This document shows positions 35,788-50,100 of a DNA stretch of 64,000 nucleotides, piece by piece (positions within the stretch are counted from its first letter, which is position 1; each line of letters starts with the position of its first letter). The translations under genes and the position numbers were made by a program. The DNA is from Raillietiella orientalis (Eukaryota). The notes beneath the pieces were generated by a model. The model was given only the letters and a program-made list of their open reading frames with translations, made no database searches and was not told the origin of the DNA. The stretch is from contig JAYWIR010000038.1 in NCBI GenBank assembly GCA_036172245.1, forward strand, positions 1,488,001-1,552,000. The letters run 5' to 3'.

Positions 35788-37846
35788 GAGCTCGGAGTTG
35801 ACGCGGTGTCTGTGTCCTCGGGAGAGAGTCGAGGAGTTTCCGCGGATCGAGTCAGTCACCATCCGTCCTCTCGCCTGCAAACCTCCGCCAAGCAAGAGGA
35901 AACAAGGACCTGGAAGTGGAACCACGGTTTCCAGGAACGGATCGCTAGGCCAAATTCTCTTTCAACACTCCATGGAAACCTCCAGGGTGACAGACAACTC
36001 CATTTCTACGGTGCCACTTCTCTGTGACTCAGCAATCCAATCTTCCCTCAGAGAAGAAGAGAGAGCACGAAACTGGAGGATCCAAGCGACGATTGCGAAC
36101 TGGGTGTTGCGGCGGAAGGGGCAGCAGCATGCCAACTTGCAAGAAAAGATACGAGGAGGATTTCATCGGGAACATTCATGGGGTTTCACAGGAATTCGTG
36201 AGAAGGGATCGTTTCCGGCACGTGGCATTCTGGAGACAATTCCGCGAGCATCGCAGACAGAGATGCGAGTTCTTTAACGTAGCCGCATTCTCAGGGGAAA
36301 GAAAAGGCGGCTGGTGCGCTTTGCTCAAGACGCACGAGGCGCTTCGGGAAGGCTTTCGGGTGACCCAAAAATTCAGGTGCGAACGTGGATCGTGAGATGA
36401 CGGTGCCAATTCGAAGACCCTCGAGATGACTGCTCCAGAGAATTGCAATGCTGGCGCAACCGAGGGGAGCTGGCGCGGAACCTCCGCGCCAGCTTCCCTC
36501 GATTGGGAGACTAACTCCGTGGCGAGCGAGAGCTGCAGAGCTTCGGAATTTCGTGTAGAGGAAGAGACCCGGATTTGGCGAAGCCGCCAGGCGCTCTAGT
36601 GATTCATCTGTGGAAGGGAGTTCCTCCGGCTGCAAAGAGGCAGTTTGGCCACGGAAGCAACTCACTCCGAGCGACCATCGACCGGCATGCCTCAAGCATC
36701 CCCGTAAAAGAGTTCTCTGCAGGTTTCTTTTTATTTCGGTGCCTCTTCACTATCCTTGCGGTTCTCTCCCTGCTTCCCTCATGATGCATTCTCTCTCCGG
36801 AGGACAAGCAAAGAAAATTTTCGATCATTCTAGATGCCTGCCACGGTGTAAGTCAGAGTTTCGTTCCTAGAGACACGCAGCAACGACCCCAGGGCTGTCC
36901 ATCCCGGCTTGCAAGCTTAGCTGTGAACTTCGTGGCTTCCCTGCAGTAGCCCTTTCTCCAGGTATTCTCCTTGTCACGGAAACAATTTTTTCTAGCGGGC
37001 AAAACTAGGACGATTCGAAATCCCAAGGGAGGAATCCTGGAACCAGGAAAGGAACCTCCTGTCCCCTGTCTCCGTCCGCATCTGCACAGCTTCGTCTTGA
37101 GATCGAAGAGCAAGTGAAGAAGCTCGTGCACTTGGATACAGATCGTAAAAGACACACTTGCGTGTCACTATTCACTTACAGAGCATTGCAATTCTCTGGA
37201 GCAGTCATCTCGAGGGTCTTCGGATTGGCACCGTCATCTCACGATCCACGTTCGCACCTGAATTTTTGGGTCACCCGAAAGCCTTCCCGAAGCGCCTCGT
37301 GCGTCTTGAGCAGAGCGCACCAGCCGCCTTTTCTTTCCCCTGAGAATGCGGCTACGTTAAAGAACTCGCATCTCTGTCTGCGATGCTCGCGGAATTGTCT
37401 CCAGAATGCCACGTGCCGGAAACGATCCCTTCTCACGAATTCCTGTGAAACCCCATGAATGTTCCCGATGAAATCCTCCTCGTATCTTTTCTTGCAAGTT
37501 GGCATGCTGCTGCCCCTTCCGCCGCAACACCCAGTTCGCAATCGTCGCTTGGATCCTCCAGTTTCGTGCTCTCTCTTCTTCTCTGAGGGAAGATTGGATT
37601 GCTGAGTCACAGAGAAGTGGCACCGTAGAAATGGAGTTGTCTGTCACCCTGGAGGTTTCCATGGAGTGTTGAAAGAGAATTTGGCCTAGCGATCCGTTCC
37701 TGGAAACCGTGGTTCCACTTCCAGGTCCTTGTTTCCTCTTGCTTGGCGGAGGTTTGCAGGCGAGAGGACGGATGGTGACTGACTCGATCCGCGGAAACTC
37801 CTCGACTCTCTCCCGAGGACACAGACACCGCGTCAACTCCGAGCTC
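35788..37846. repeat. Inverted repeat: 665-bp arms 35788-36452 and 37182-37846, ~730-bp spacer
   Basis: The arms are reverse complements; two substitutions seen by eye; the ORF track shows identical translations on opposite strands. Confidence 0.97.
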
Positions 37847-38150
37847 GGCTGCAAGATCCATAGAAGCAGCCAACTCCCAGCTCCCACTCTACCCATTACA
37901 ATGGCATCATCTAAGATGGCAAGGGATGACCTCGTCGTCAGTATGCAGCGGTTCCATGAATTGTTTATTTCCGTAGGTCTCGAATTTAGGTGAGATGGTT
38001 GGAAAGCAAACACTGGTAATGACGGCCAGAGGGATGCGGTCAAAGGAAACTGCGGTCGAAATGATGCCGGACTGACGATCGCATCTTATAGAGTGGATTC
38101 TTGCAAATTTCAGATGGTGCTCTTGCAGCTTGCAAAGCTCACAAACTGGT
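37182..38150 (-). mobile_element. Possible Gypsy-like pol remnant overlapping the right arm
   Basis: FDRIPLAV..., LAILDDAIVMG (YLDD-like), then LQEKIRGGFHREH (integrase HHCC-like). Confidence 0.4.
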
Positions 38151-38949
38151 GCGCTCGTTTTTGTTTCGTTTGCATAGCAAGTCAAGATGCTGCCTCGCAT
38201 GATGAAAGGTGAAGAAAAGCAAAACCCTGGCTGTGAGGCGTGATCACAAAGTCTTTGAGGGATTTTTGAGACAGGAAGCACCTTCTACGAATCCAGAGAG
38301 TTCGTTCTTTTGCAAGGAATCTATCGGAAAATAGAAAAGGACGACAAACCGCTACTGCTTGTCGAGGATCCGCGCCGTACTCAGCTACAACTCCCTTGGA
38401 TAGCTTCTTCCAGTTTCCTGGAGGGCACGCTCTCTTTAGTGCCTCTTCTGAGTCCGCCCTTCAGTCTTTCATCCCCTCCCCTCTATACCCCTTGATGATG
38501 GTGAAGTGGACAGTGAGGCACTCCGATGCCTTGGTCGGCGACTCCTCGTGGAGATGGCGCAGCGGAAAGCGGAGTCTCCCACTGGTTTCGGAGCTGGAAC
38601 ATACCCGCTCTCACAGGCTCCGGTACTTCCTCCGGAAAGAAGGATTCCCAGAAGTAACACTGGACAACATCCAGCCGTAGTTTTTTGCTTCCCAGTAATA
38701 AGCGTACTTTTTTGTCTCTTCCACAGATGAGGCAGTGCTGAGCGCTGCCACTACCTCTTTTAGATGTTTCTCTTTCTCAATCCTGATTACTGGTACCCCC
38801 AATTTTAACCTATTTTAAACACTAAACGATCGATACATATCCACTTCTTATAAGGATGGCAGCACAATTGTGAAATTTTTTACCACATGAAAATCAAATT
38901 GATCGATTGTCAGGGTGTCATGGTCGATGACGCAAAGGTTGATAAAGTG

Positions 38950-39550
38950 CTGTATGACACGGATACCAGGTGCATGTCAGCATTGTGAGCCATGCTCCTG
39001 GCATCCGCTACTTGGAGATCATCCACAGAGGAAAAGATGCACAGTTTGAAGCAGGTCATTGTGGCTGCAAAATGACAGTTCCCAGCGTAGCAATCATTTT
39101 TGCAAGCGGTGTTCTACAGCGTATAACACTGTCCACGTGGGACACCATGTGGGACCTATGTGAGAGGACCAGACATAACATGCCAGTCAGTGCTGGTCCG
39201 CATGACAAACAAAACAACTGTTTCGTTGCTTTGACTACAGAGGAAATCGGTACATGGGTACGGTATGCGGCTCTCCGGTGACCAGGACTTTTGCCCTGGA
39301 GTTTCCTGTCCGTCGCTACCCTTAAACCCAACAGTATTTCAGTAAAAAGAGCTGGTCGAGAACCCAGAGAGGCACTTTGGGATGGTGCAACGCAGAAGTT
39401 CTTCCTGGACGTTGGAGCCTCATTCAGCTACCACTCGAATACGCAGCAATAGCATGCCTCGAGCGCCGAAACCAGCACTCGCAAGACAAATCTCGCACTT
39501 CGCGATGCCCGGGTTCTGGAACCAATAATCCTCTCGATAGGGCCTGTGGG
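38950..39550 (+). mobile_element. Decayed retroviral-type integrase fragment (Gypsy/Ginger-like)
   Basis: EIIH...GHCGCKMT...LCER, then FGMVQRRSSSW...LERRNQ resembling the end of the integrase core; frameshifted. Confidence 0.35.
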
Positions 39551-41891
39551 CATGCAGCTATCGAAAAATAAGGTGGGTTCGTGGGAAATGCGCACACCGA
39601 ACGGTTCTGAAATCCAAAATACCTCAGGTGGAATTTTCTTGCTCCTCATGCTGCATCTCGCACCCTGGATCCATCCCACGGAGACGTATGAGGTTGAGTA
39701 GGCATGCATTCGAACGTCCAGTACGTTGGAACGTCACTGAGGTTCTCATGACAAACATCCGACGAAGTGAAGTACCGTGGCACGTGAGGAAAGCGGCAAA
39801 CGACAGGGAGGAATCAGCTGCTTCATTTTTCACTTTGTACGCAGCATTGCTTTACCTGCTGATGGAATCGCAAAAGATGCCTCCCCAAGACATCGAGCTG
39901 CTCTTATTCCCCATTATGCCCTGAGGGCTAGCAAAGCCTGTGAGCATGCCTCGCTTTTCGGGAAAATAAAGAGACTGAATAAAACGAAACGTCCGCAAAG
40001 GGCTGATTTCTGTCTCTGAGGAAAGCTGCTCGAGTGCATGGCGGGAAGAATAGAAACGCCATTTGAGATCTTTGCTGCTGGCTCAGTAGAGAAGCGTTTC
40101 AGGCAGCTTTCAGTGAACCTGACATTGATGTCACCTACGTTTGAATCAGCAATACCATCGTCACGATCCCCACGGGAAAACTGCGTTTTCCTTTTTCCTT
40201 TTCTCTTTTTTTTTACGATGCTCTGCAAACTGCACTCGACTTCGTCTTGACACGGCAGCTGCCGCGGGACCTGTGTTTTAGATGGGAGGATGCAGAATTG
40301 GAAAGAGATCAATCTTCGCTCCCACAGTGGCGTTGCTTCAGCACGAACCTCAACCGTTTTCCTCTTTTCGATCCCTTAGAAAAGCCTGGGATCATATGAA
40401 GGAAAAAACAGGGGAATTAGGGCTTGGACATGGGGAAGCAGCAAGCCATTTCCTCTGAAAAGAAAGGAAAATCAAGCTGAAAATGTCCTCTGAGCACCGC
40501 GGAACATCAAGGCTGGACGAACATCACTGGCAGTTGTTTGCCTGTTCCCCTGTCGAGTGCTTCCGTTGGGAGGGGAAGGGCTCAAAGTTCTTGTGTCCAC
40601 GGTGAGATCTGCTTTTGACTGCTTTCGCCATCTCTGGAGATATGGGTTCCGTGAAACCTCTGAAAGAAATCTTAAGTGAAACTTATCGTTCCAAAAGCTA
40701 CAAATCCTCCTGAAATTTCCATTTGAGAGGAATCTTGCTGCCAAAGTCGTTGCCATTCTGGAAAGTCATCTCCGTGATAAACTGAAAGAGTTGCTCTTGT
40801 TCCGTGAGCAGGAGGCAAAGATTCGGGAGGTCAGGATGAGCATTCGGTTCTCTCCGTGCGCTCGGCAATGCAGGAATCGCTCAGTGGATGCGAAGGGATT
40901 CCATAAATTCCTGCTTTTCTCCCCCCCAGCCCCCCTTCCTCCCTCTTTCTCAGATTTTGCCTGCTCGAGAAAAACTCGGCACCCACTACGCCTGCTCTTC
41001 GGCCAAGACGTCACTCGAGAAGCCGATCTGACAGAGAGGTAGCGCCGCGGCCGGTGAGATTCGATTCGGAGAGGTACTTCTGCGGAAAGATGAGAGGTAC
41101 TTGCTGCACCGCGAGCACCTAACTGGCTCGGGCGTGGGTTCCTGAGGGCTTCCAGACGCGGATCAGCATTCTCGGGACCGCACAAAGCTCTCCTGCGCCG
41201 CACGGACTTTGTTTTGCCGTATCCCAGCAGCAACCTTACCACAGCTTCGTGAGATCTCACGGGACAAAGGATTACTGGAAGGAAGGAATTTTTACTTCAT
41301 CAGCCACAAAGTTCCACAGCCAGGGCTCTCCAGAACAGGCGCTTCTCTCTGTCGCATATTGAAATTCTCCCTGGAGCAGAAATCTCCCCATGATATATCT
41401 CCATGGCGATCTTCTCGGCACACAAAGGATATCATGGAGAACCTGAGGCGCATCGAATTCATGCATGTTTCAGTTGGACTTCCGCTGTGCCTTCTTCCGT
41501 CATCTGCACTGAAAAGAGCATTCAAAGATAGCCTCGGCGACTGGACAGCGTGCCAAGCCTCGTACATCGTTCTTGTCGGTCACATAAAGGCAGCCACCTT
41601 ACCACCGCTCCCTTCCGAAATGTCAATGAGCGACCGTTTTTTTTTCCTTGAAAGTAAGAGCGATTTCCAGCACTCGAAGGAAAAGTTGACGTTAAAGACG
41701 AAAAAAAAAAAAAAATGTTTTTATGAAACTCACGAAATGGCTCGGCATTCCGGATAGAAAAGCTTGAGGAAAAACCAACACCAGAAAGAAAGGATTCCGG
41801 CAGCATTCTTTTAGAAAATCAGTCGTGATCTCATCAGTTTCTACAGCATTCCTGGACTTTGCGATCCACCTTGCACGGGATACGACGAAGG

Positions 41892-42560
41892 TACGAGGCT
41901 CGTCTCGAAAGTAATGACCGATCGTATAGAAAGAAAGAACATATAAGAAGAACAAAAATGTATTGGTGGTTCTAAACACATACTTCTCCGTGTCATTTTT
42001 CTGAGAGGTCACCATTTTTTTTCCAACCACTTTTGATACAGTGGAACGAGCTTTTTCAAACCTTCTGCATGAAATTCTGCCTCCTGGGAGCTCAGCCAGT
42101 TCAGCAGCACTGCAGTTTTCAACTCCTCACTTTCTCCCTCGAGTCGTTGAGCCGCTTGTGAAGGTGCAGGAATACGTGGTAGTCACTGGGTGCGAGGTCA
42201 GCACTGCAAGGTGGGTGATCAAAAAGTTTCCGTTTGAATTTCTGAATTGTCTGAAACGTGGGGTCAGCATGTGTTGCCAAGGTGCGCCTTGTCGTGAAGG
42301 AGAAGAACGATTCCTGATCTCAGCATTCCACGTCGTCGATTCTGAATGGCGGTTTTGAAAGTGTTTCACAGTAGACTTGAAAAGCGATGGCTGTTCCAGG
42401 CTCCATAAAGTCCGCTAAAGGCTCACACTTTTGGTCCCAGAACACAGATGCCATGATCTTTCTTTGAGATTGGGTCTGGTTGAATCTTCTAAACTTGGGT
42501 GAACTTGAATGACGTCACTGCATGGATTGTTGTATTGACTCTTACATGTTAGCGACTTCT
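41892..42560 (-). mobile_element. Mariner transposon 3' half (pseudogene) with terminal inverted repeat
   Basis: QQSMQ*RHSSSPK...RKIMASVFWD, LHDKAH, LFDHPPCSADLAPSDYHVF; the end reads TA|CGAGGCTCGTCTCGAAAGTAA, a mariner-type TIR with TA target. Confidence 0.88.
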
Positions 42561-44199
42561 AGGCAAGATTTTCGTCAAGTGTCTTGTATGCTTAACATCC
42601 ATGCATCTTCGGATCGCATGTCTGTAAATCCCTGTTGCTTCCTGATAAGTAGCCTGAAAGAGGATTCACCGTGCTTTCGGAATCCCCATGCCAACCATTT
42701 TATACGTTTTAAGAATGTACCTTCACAAGAACCAGGGACTTTCCTGTAACGGATGCGTAAGCAGGAGTAAAGCTCTGTAGACGAGGATCGGTTCCAAACA
42801 AATAATCCCCTCAAGATGTGCCACAAGATGCGTTTGGTTCTTCGAGAAACCTGGATGCTTCCGAAGGAAAGCTCATAGAGATTCTCCATGCGCTGAAGAA
42901 GTGGGGAGGGACTGAGGGAAAGTTTGGGACTGTACACAGGATCCCACAATTTTCCCCAGGTCCGATAAGCGGTGGGTTGGATTTACTGACCAAACAAAAT
43001 TTACCTTTCACTGCTGTACGTCTGGGAGAGGATGCTGTCCCAACTGCAAGTTCCCAGTTTCTGGTGTGGTAGGCATGAAGGAGGCCTGAGTGGATTCCAG
43101 ACTTTCTTGTTTTCCTTTTTCTGCCTGAAAGAAGTTCACCGTCTGTTCCTAGCAGATTTGTCATCACTCGTGTCATCTTCAAACTCGATAGAGTCTGTTC
43201 ATTCTTCTTTTTCCTGTTTCTTTAGAGATTTTGCTCTTGTTGGTTTGCTCACCACAGGCAGGTTTGTTTCTTGGTGAAGTACGGACATATCGCTTCCTCA
43301 CATTCAGCGTTTAGATGCTGCTAGTCTTCCTCGGTCAGCTGGACTGTGCTATCATTTGCTTCCATTCCTCGTCCTCGTGGCTTTCCACCGCCGCTACCGG
43401 TGGAGTGGGGGAAGTTGTTAAACGGCCAACAGCTTTCTTTTCTTTTCGGACTTCCTTTTATCCTGCTACTTGTCTAGGAGGCTCGTGTCGCAGACTGTAG
43501 AGGGGAGGAGGGGAGCGTGAGCTCCGCGTGTTCCGCCTGCCTTCTCTTTGCCTCCCCTTCGGGAAGCAAAGGCAGTCTTTGGGCCACGAGCCACTCGGAC
43601 GCCTTCTTCACGTGGCCCGACATTTTGCAGTGATGCGAGAAACTGGAGCGATCCTTGACGAAATAGTTGATTTGGCCTCACTTAAGGCATCGCGCCTTAG
43701 GACAGGCGCCCACGCGATCACCTAACTCCTTGCAGCCCGTGAAAAAGGTGGGCCGCATGCGGTAGCGCACCTATACTTCCTGGGAGTGCTCGTCGACCAT
43801 CGGGATCTTCGCGCCAGGGAACAACTTTGTTCGTACCATGGACACCTCGGAAAGAATCTCCTCAATGTGGTTGCGGAATGCAACGTTTTTAACGGGATTC
43901 CACAAAAAAATACGTCCCATTGCCCGTTGGTTGTGCTCAGTGGGTCATCAGGTAAGTCCGACCCGCATGTATAAAATACCGGCGACAAATTCTTCGATGC
44001 TTGGCACTCTGGAAACCCAGACTTCGTGGGTACTGTGCGTCTTCAGTTCACCCGGAAAAAGGTGTGCCTCAGAATCCATTTCAGTGGCTCCAGATCAGCT
44101 GGGTCTCATGCAACCCACGTCCAAGCCTGGACCAGAGACAAAGGGATGAGGAAATCGCGCCTTAAGAGAGTGGAGAGCTCTTCGCACATTCTTAGCGCA

Positions 44200-44700
44200 G
44201 CTGCCTTTGAGGCTGCTGTACGCAGGTCATCGAGGGGATATTCTTCTTGATGGCGAGCTCCACACAATCATAGAAATCCTGGCCGCTATCAGAAGGCTCA
44301 GAAGCAGAGCCGCTTCAAGGATGAACTGCCCATGGAGTTCTGCCAACTCTTTGCTGAAGAACTGGCATCCTTGGTGCACAAAGGAGCACTGCTTGTCTGG
44401 GAGACAGGCCAAGCTCCCAAATCCTTCAGATCAGCCAGGGTCAGTCTCTTACCCCCCCAAAAACGCCTAGAAAACTGGGATCCTGTAAGCTTTTGAACAC
44501 AGTGCTCAAGTTGCGCCCCAAAGTGTGGAGCGCCTGAATAGACAGGGCAGCGTCCGGAGTCGTCTTGCAACAGACCTTCTTAGTCCTAGGTCGAACTATG
44601 GATTCCAGCCTACTGTACTCCCACATCTCGGCCATGCGAAGGCTCCAGAAAGGGAGCGGACTTCGAAGTGAGCTCACCACGGGTGGCACTTGAGAAAGAC
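44200..44700 (-). mobile_element. Gypsy-like integrase core remnant
   Basis: WEYSRLE...TTPDAALSIQAL, then LPDKQCSFVHQGCQFFSKELAE (SDxGxQFxS-like). Confidence 0.4.
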
Positions 44701-46149
44701 GCACTGCCTGCCTATGTTGCAATTGCCATCGTCCACGTATGAAGGGTGTCGAAATGGCCCAGCCTTGGATGTGAGGAAAAAAGGACAGTTCTGGACAGAC
44801 CGGTAGGAAGTCGATGGCAGTACCGTGGCTTTCCCGTCGGTTCCCACCCGGAGCCGGGTTTCAACAATCATCTTGAGTACCATGAGATCGGTCTATCCCA
44901 TTTCCTGTTTATTTTTTTTTTATTTCCCTCGTCATCCTTCACTATTTCCCAGTCGTGTCCCCAGCGAGGCTGGAAGACAGTCTTTAAGGATCGCACCTGA
45001 AAGTCTCCAGGTTCAACTCTTCCAGTCATCTGGAAGCCTCAGATATTTTCTTATGGCGCGCCACGCGCTGACTGCCAGATTATCTGAGTGAAGGAAGAAT
45101 ATCTCGAGAGATGGGGGTTGCAGGAGAGGAACAGTCAGGGAGAGTTTTCCTCCCAGAGTCGCTTGCAGGAAATGACATCTCTATCCTGAGGGAAAATCTC
45201 CTAAAGGAATACTAGGAGACAGAGTTTTCCCCAATGGGAGTCCTTTCCAGTCTTCGGATTCTTCTCCGTAATGGATGCTGGTGTTTAGGGGGTAAAGAGA
45301 ATTGGGGGGAAAGGTGCATTCGCTGTCTTCCGATCAGGACGATGTTCTCCACACCTTAAAGCGAGGGAACATGAAAGCACTTTCTGTGTGTGGATACACT
45401 TTGAGGGTAAAAGAAAGCATTCTGGACAGGAGCATCGCAGTGTGAGTGAAGAAAAATATCAAGATGAAACCCAGAGGATGCTCGAGACAAGATGCTCCGT
45501 TGCATGCTGCTGACATCTGCCGTTTACGGCAAAAGCACATGAACTCCTAAAGCACTCATAGATGACGCTGCAAAAGAATCCGTTTTTTTTTTTTGGCTGT
45601 TTCCCTAGTTGGCTTTGACGAAAACTTGGTTCGCCCTTCAAGGAACTGGTCCTGAAGATAGAAAATAGCTTCCCTCCCTAAGAAAACTGATGCAAAATGA
45701 GATCCTAAGTACCACTCCACGTACGCAAGATTGCTGACAGTCAAGGACAGCATATCCTCTATTCCTCGAAAGACTGCCTCCGTACCATCCCTCGTCGCAG
45801 TCCCTGTTTGTGTTCCCCGAGCTCTGATCCCAAATGGTCACGTCTCTGGAGTTCCTCCAAGGGAGCCTTTCCTCTTATTCTTCACCGGAACTCCCAGAAG
45901 CAGAAATCGAACCCGGGAGCTCAGTTTCCTCCTTTCCCCGTAAACTCCTCTACCCGGAGCTGAAGTCCTTCCGTTCCTCAACTTCTCCTTCAGAGCAAGT
46001 CCCCCTTGTCCTCATTGTTCCTCCCCCCCCCTCCGAAGACTTCTGGTCTCCCTCGTCGGCACATCTTCATCTTGACCACTCTACGGTGCTGCCCCCTGAG
46101 CACTCACCCCTCTCCCGCCGGAATTGTTTCGATCTTTACCGGGTCGCTT

Positions 46150-47150
46150 CTGCCAGACTCGAGACCTCAGCCTCCCTCTCGTGAGAACACCCAGTTCCCC
46201 TCACCAGTGTCTCCCGGAAGGATCTTGCCTGTACCTTCCCACCCACGTTGATTCATCCACAGATCCATCAACCTCTCCAGATATCCCTTTTCTCCTCTTC
46301 GACGGCCTCCATACTAACACCCCTTGATTACTCCTCCCTCTGAAATTCGGGAGGAGTCTCTCGCTGCTCTTCTTTTTCCCGCACTGAAGCAGACAGGACC
46401 CCCGGAATGGGATCGGCCACGCTCCTCTCGGAACTCAACGGCGGAGCATTTCCTTGCCTCCACCCTTTTCTTCCTCCCATTCTTTGCAGATTCTTTCCCG
46501 CTCATGATTCCTGGCAGACAGGAATTGACCCCTCTTCTCTACAGAATTCACCCTTCCATGGCATCCTTTCCTTCGACGTTCCATCCTGTACCTCCCCTTT
46601 TCAGGTCTTCTCTTGTACCTGCTAAAAAGGAATATTCTTTGGTCACCTTGGAAGGCGCGAAAATCCTACCATCTGTCAAGGGTTCCCCCTAAACGCCGAT
46701 GGGTGCGTGGAAACCAGGGACTCGTCAGAGGAGGACAGGTAACGAACTGAGGAGAAGAGAAAAAGCGGAAAGAGAAGGGCCGTCCTCGGTCTCCTACGTG
46801 GCATCGGTGACCTGCGACGAAGAAGGGAACAAGATAGGGAGAAGGGTCTACGTCACCACCCTCCAAGTCTGTGGTTACCCTTGGCGTCCTGTGGACCATG
46901 ATGGAAGTCTCCTCCCCTCAAGGGACTTCAGGAAATGCCGGGACTCCAAAACTTCACGCTTCCGCTGCTACCCTATAGTTCACCCTCGTTTTTCCCAGAG
47001 TTCTTTTTTCCTCTCTCTTTCCTATTTCCAGGAAGATCTGGGAAGATGGATGGGACAGCCTCAGGAGGATGGCATCCGTCTGGAGGATCCAGGGAGGGCC
47101 TCTCGTGAGGCACATGGACTCGCCACCTTAGTACGTTTCTGAGAGTCTGA
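46150..47150 (+). mobile_element. Decayed CR1/L2/Jockey-type LINE RT remnant
   Basis: IPGRQELTPLLYRIH (PQG-like), LEGAKI, PSKSVVTLGV, DGIRLEDPGRASREAHGL in the expected order. Confidence 0.35.
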
Positions 47151-50100
47151 AATAAGGCATCAGAAAGAGCATACTGTCCTGTCCTTCTTCCTGGGACGAA
47201 CACCTGCCAGAGGTCAAGCCGCCGAAGTCATTAGCAAAGACGAGATCTGGAAGAACCCTTGGTAGTTTCTGTGTGACCCTGTGTGATTCCAGAGCCGTTG
47301 GGAGTGAGCAGCGCGGTGAGGGTCGTTAGAGTTTCTTTGGGTTCCCTCCGAATACATGCGCGAGAAAGAGGATCGATAAGTCAGGAACAAGGGACTCAGG
47401 ATAGAAGGTGTATCATCCTTGAACCCTGCCCTTTTCTCCGCGAGAAGTCCCTCCGAGCATACCCGAAAGGAAAAGTTTCCTGGGATGCCCGCGGCTATCA
47501 CACGGGGTCATGAACCACCGGATTCCTGCCATAGGGGCTCCACGAGAGAGGGAGGGTAGCGTCTCGGCTGTCTGAAACAGCCCTCCGTTCCTTATGATTT
47601 CCGTCATCATCCATCTCTGTGCCCCCTTTCTTCTTGAGTCGTCACAATAACTCACTTAGAGAGCGCGAGCCTCATGGATCCCGCTGCTCCACGAACACTG
47701 AAGCTCATCAGAAGTGGGAATGAGGAGAAGAAGACTGACAGAGGAGAGGAAGAGGAGATGGAAAGGACAGAAAAGTGAGGTGGGAAAAGAATTGTAAAGG
47801 AGAGTAGAAGAAGGAAAGGAGGAGGAGGAAGAAGCACTCCAGGTGGAATGCACGGATGAAAGCCCCGGGACCCCTTCGTACCTCAACCGCAGACGCACCA
47901 AGGAGTAAATCAAAGAGATTTACGGTGCTGAGATGTCGGAAGCTGCAGCAGCGGTGCATTCTCTTCTTCGGGGGAGCAGCAGGAAAGTGAAAGTCCTTCG
48001 AGACCTCTGAGAAAACCCTTGCGGGAATTTGTGTCCGTTGGACCCGAGAGAGAAACTTCTTTCAACTCTTTCTTTCTTTTTCCTTTTTTTTTCTCGGTTC
48101 TCCTCGGTCCTCTCCCGGATCTTCTGGCTGGCATCGCCTCATGGAGGCGGTGATTTATCGCCGATGGTGATGCAAGAAGGAACGCGCGCGCTTTTGACTG
48201 AGCGGAATTCCGAGGTCGCGATCACCGGCTGCGGCAGCTTCACAGGTGGAGGAGGCAGAAGAAGAGGAGAAGGAAGAGAGAGATAAGAGGGATGAAGAGG
48301 TCGGGGGAGACGGGAAAGGAAGTGCGGAAAACGGATGGTCGCTTCTGCCGTTGTCTGCCGCCATCCCGGTGCAGCAGAACGCAACACCGCGGGAAACGGA
48401 GGAACCCGGGAAAAATCTGGCTCTTCCCAGAACGGACTCGAGGTGAGGAAGGAGGCGCACCTCCGGGCGTGTTTACGAGTCGAGAGGGCCGGCAGCCAGC
48501 AGCTGCACAGGGAGGAGAGGGACGGAGGTTCACGTGGAAGGGTAGCGGAGCAAAGGAAGGTTCATCCCTGCTTGCGCGCGTGTGTACGTTTTTTCGACGA
48601 GATGAAATGCAGCTGCCCCACGCTTGGAAGCAAAAGAACGAGAGTAAAAGGTTAGTCTCTTTCCCCTTCGGCTGGTTGCTCCGGTGATGTTAGGAGGCAA
48701 GGAGGAGGGAAGGGGAGGAAGAGAAGGCAAACGAAAATGCAGAGAAATGTAGAAGACATAACTAGGGATGCGCAGCAGTCGGGTGGTACTCTGACCTCTG
48801 ACTCACTGTCCAACCTGCGTTTGACTTGTCTCGGATGAGGACACGCATACCTCCTGCTGCTGCTTCTGGCGATGTCCATCATGTCAGGTCACCTCTTTAG
48901 ATGACCATGGGGAAAACCGTGGGCATGAGTTTCCTGATGGAAGTGATCGCTTCTCATCCTCAAACCTCAAATGAACGAGAAGTCCGCTGGCTTGGGAGCC
49001 AGAGCTAAGAAGGTTGGATTTCTGAGCTCAGCCCACTTTTGATGAGCAGAACTGACTGCGCAAAACGAACTGATCTTCTGGTAGAGGTGCTCGACGCTGC
49101 ACTCGTCGGATTCCGTGACTTGATTGTGGTTGCCACTGGCACTGCGACCCGGATGACCACGGTAAGTAAGAGTGGCTGAGTGCGCGCCAGCTCTGCTGTC
49201 GAAGCAACCGATCCTGGAGATGAATGGCGCCCAAGCGCTGCACAGACCTGTAGCCTACCGCTGAGGAAGATTCGCCTCTGCCTTTCCAGTGTTCCTCCGT
49301 CTAAGGACGGCAGATTCGGCAAGCTTCAGATGGCAGGAAGGTCTCGAAGGTGCTCGAGGAAGGGTTTGCGAGCTCGTTCGCCTGAGGCCGCCACCGACTC
49401 AGATGCTGGTGGCAGAAGCAGATGCTCCCAGCATGTTCATGCAGGTGCCATGTGGAGGAGAGTTCCATGGCAACAGCCGTCTGGCCTGGTGCAGTCCATT
49501 TCCTCCTCACTTTCTCACCCCACCCAGAAATAGGAACAGTTTCAAGAGATGCAACAACCTGTCCCAGACTGGATTTCCGGAGGCTCGACTGCTTGAATTC
49601 GCCGTCCACTGAGGATCGGAATTCAGAGGGCTCTCTATAGAAGAATTTTTGGAAAGAGACGCGGAGGACTCTGCTCTATCGAGAGCGCTCAGGAGGTGCT
49701 TACTCTCAGTTAATGGGTGTCACCTTGTCCCTTTCTCTAGACTTGACCAAGCTGAGCTATGGATTCAGGGGAGGTCAGTGGATTGCCGACGATTCGCATC
49801 CATGGTGCACATCTGAAGACACACGTGCTGCTATTGTTGGCTGTTGCCAGTGTCCCGATGTGGCGAGCAGACAGAGGCTCGCTTCGGGAAAGGTCAGACG
49901 AGGCATAGACAATGGGCACAAAGGAAGATACCTGGAGGAGCGAATTCGCATGTAATAATCTTCTTGTTTTTGGAGATCGGGCGCTTGCCGGGACAAGCTC
50001 CCGAACTCGGAGTCTGGGTCGATGGTCTGGAGAGTCCCTGGATGTCCCGTCCTTCAGAAGCAATGCGTGTGCCTCGCACGGATGTGTCCTCACCCACCTG

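Noticed and set aside
35788..37846. DNA transposon with long TIRs
   Set aside because: No target-site duplication and no transposase in the spacer; the right arm continues into the same retroelement-like sequence.
47660..47720. Hammerhead-like CTGATGA plus hairpin on the minus strand
   Set aside because: The hairpin is followed by AGCG rather than GAAA, and stems I and III are absent.
47700..48750. Long ORFs in GA-rich sequence
   Set aside because: Low-complexity purine-rich DNA naturally lacks stop codons; no recognisable domain.
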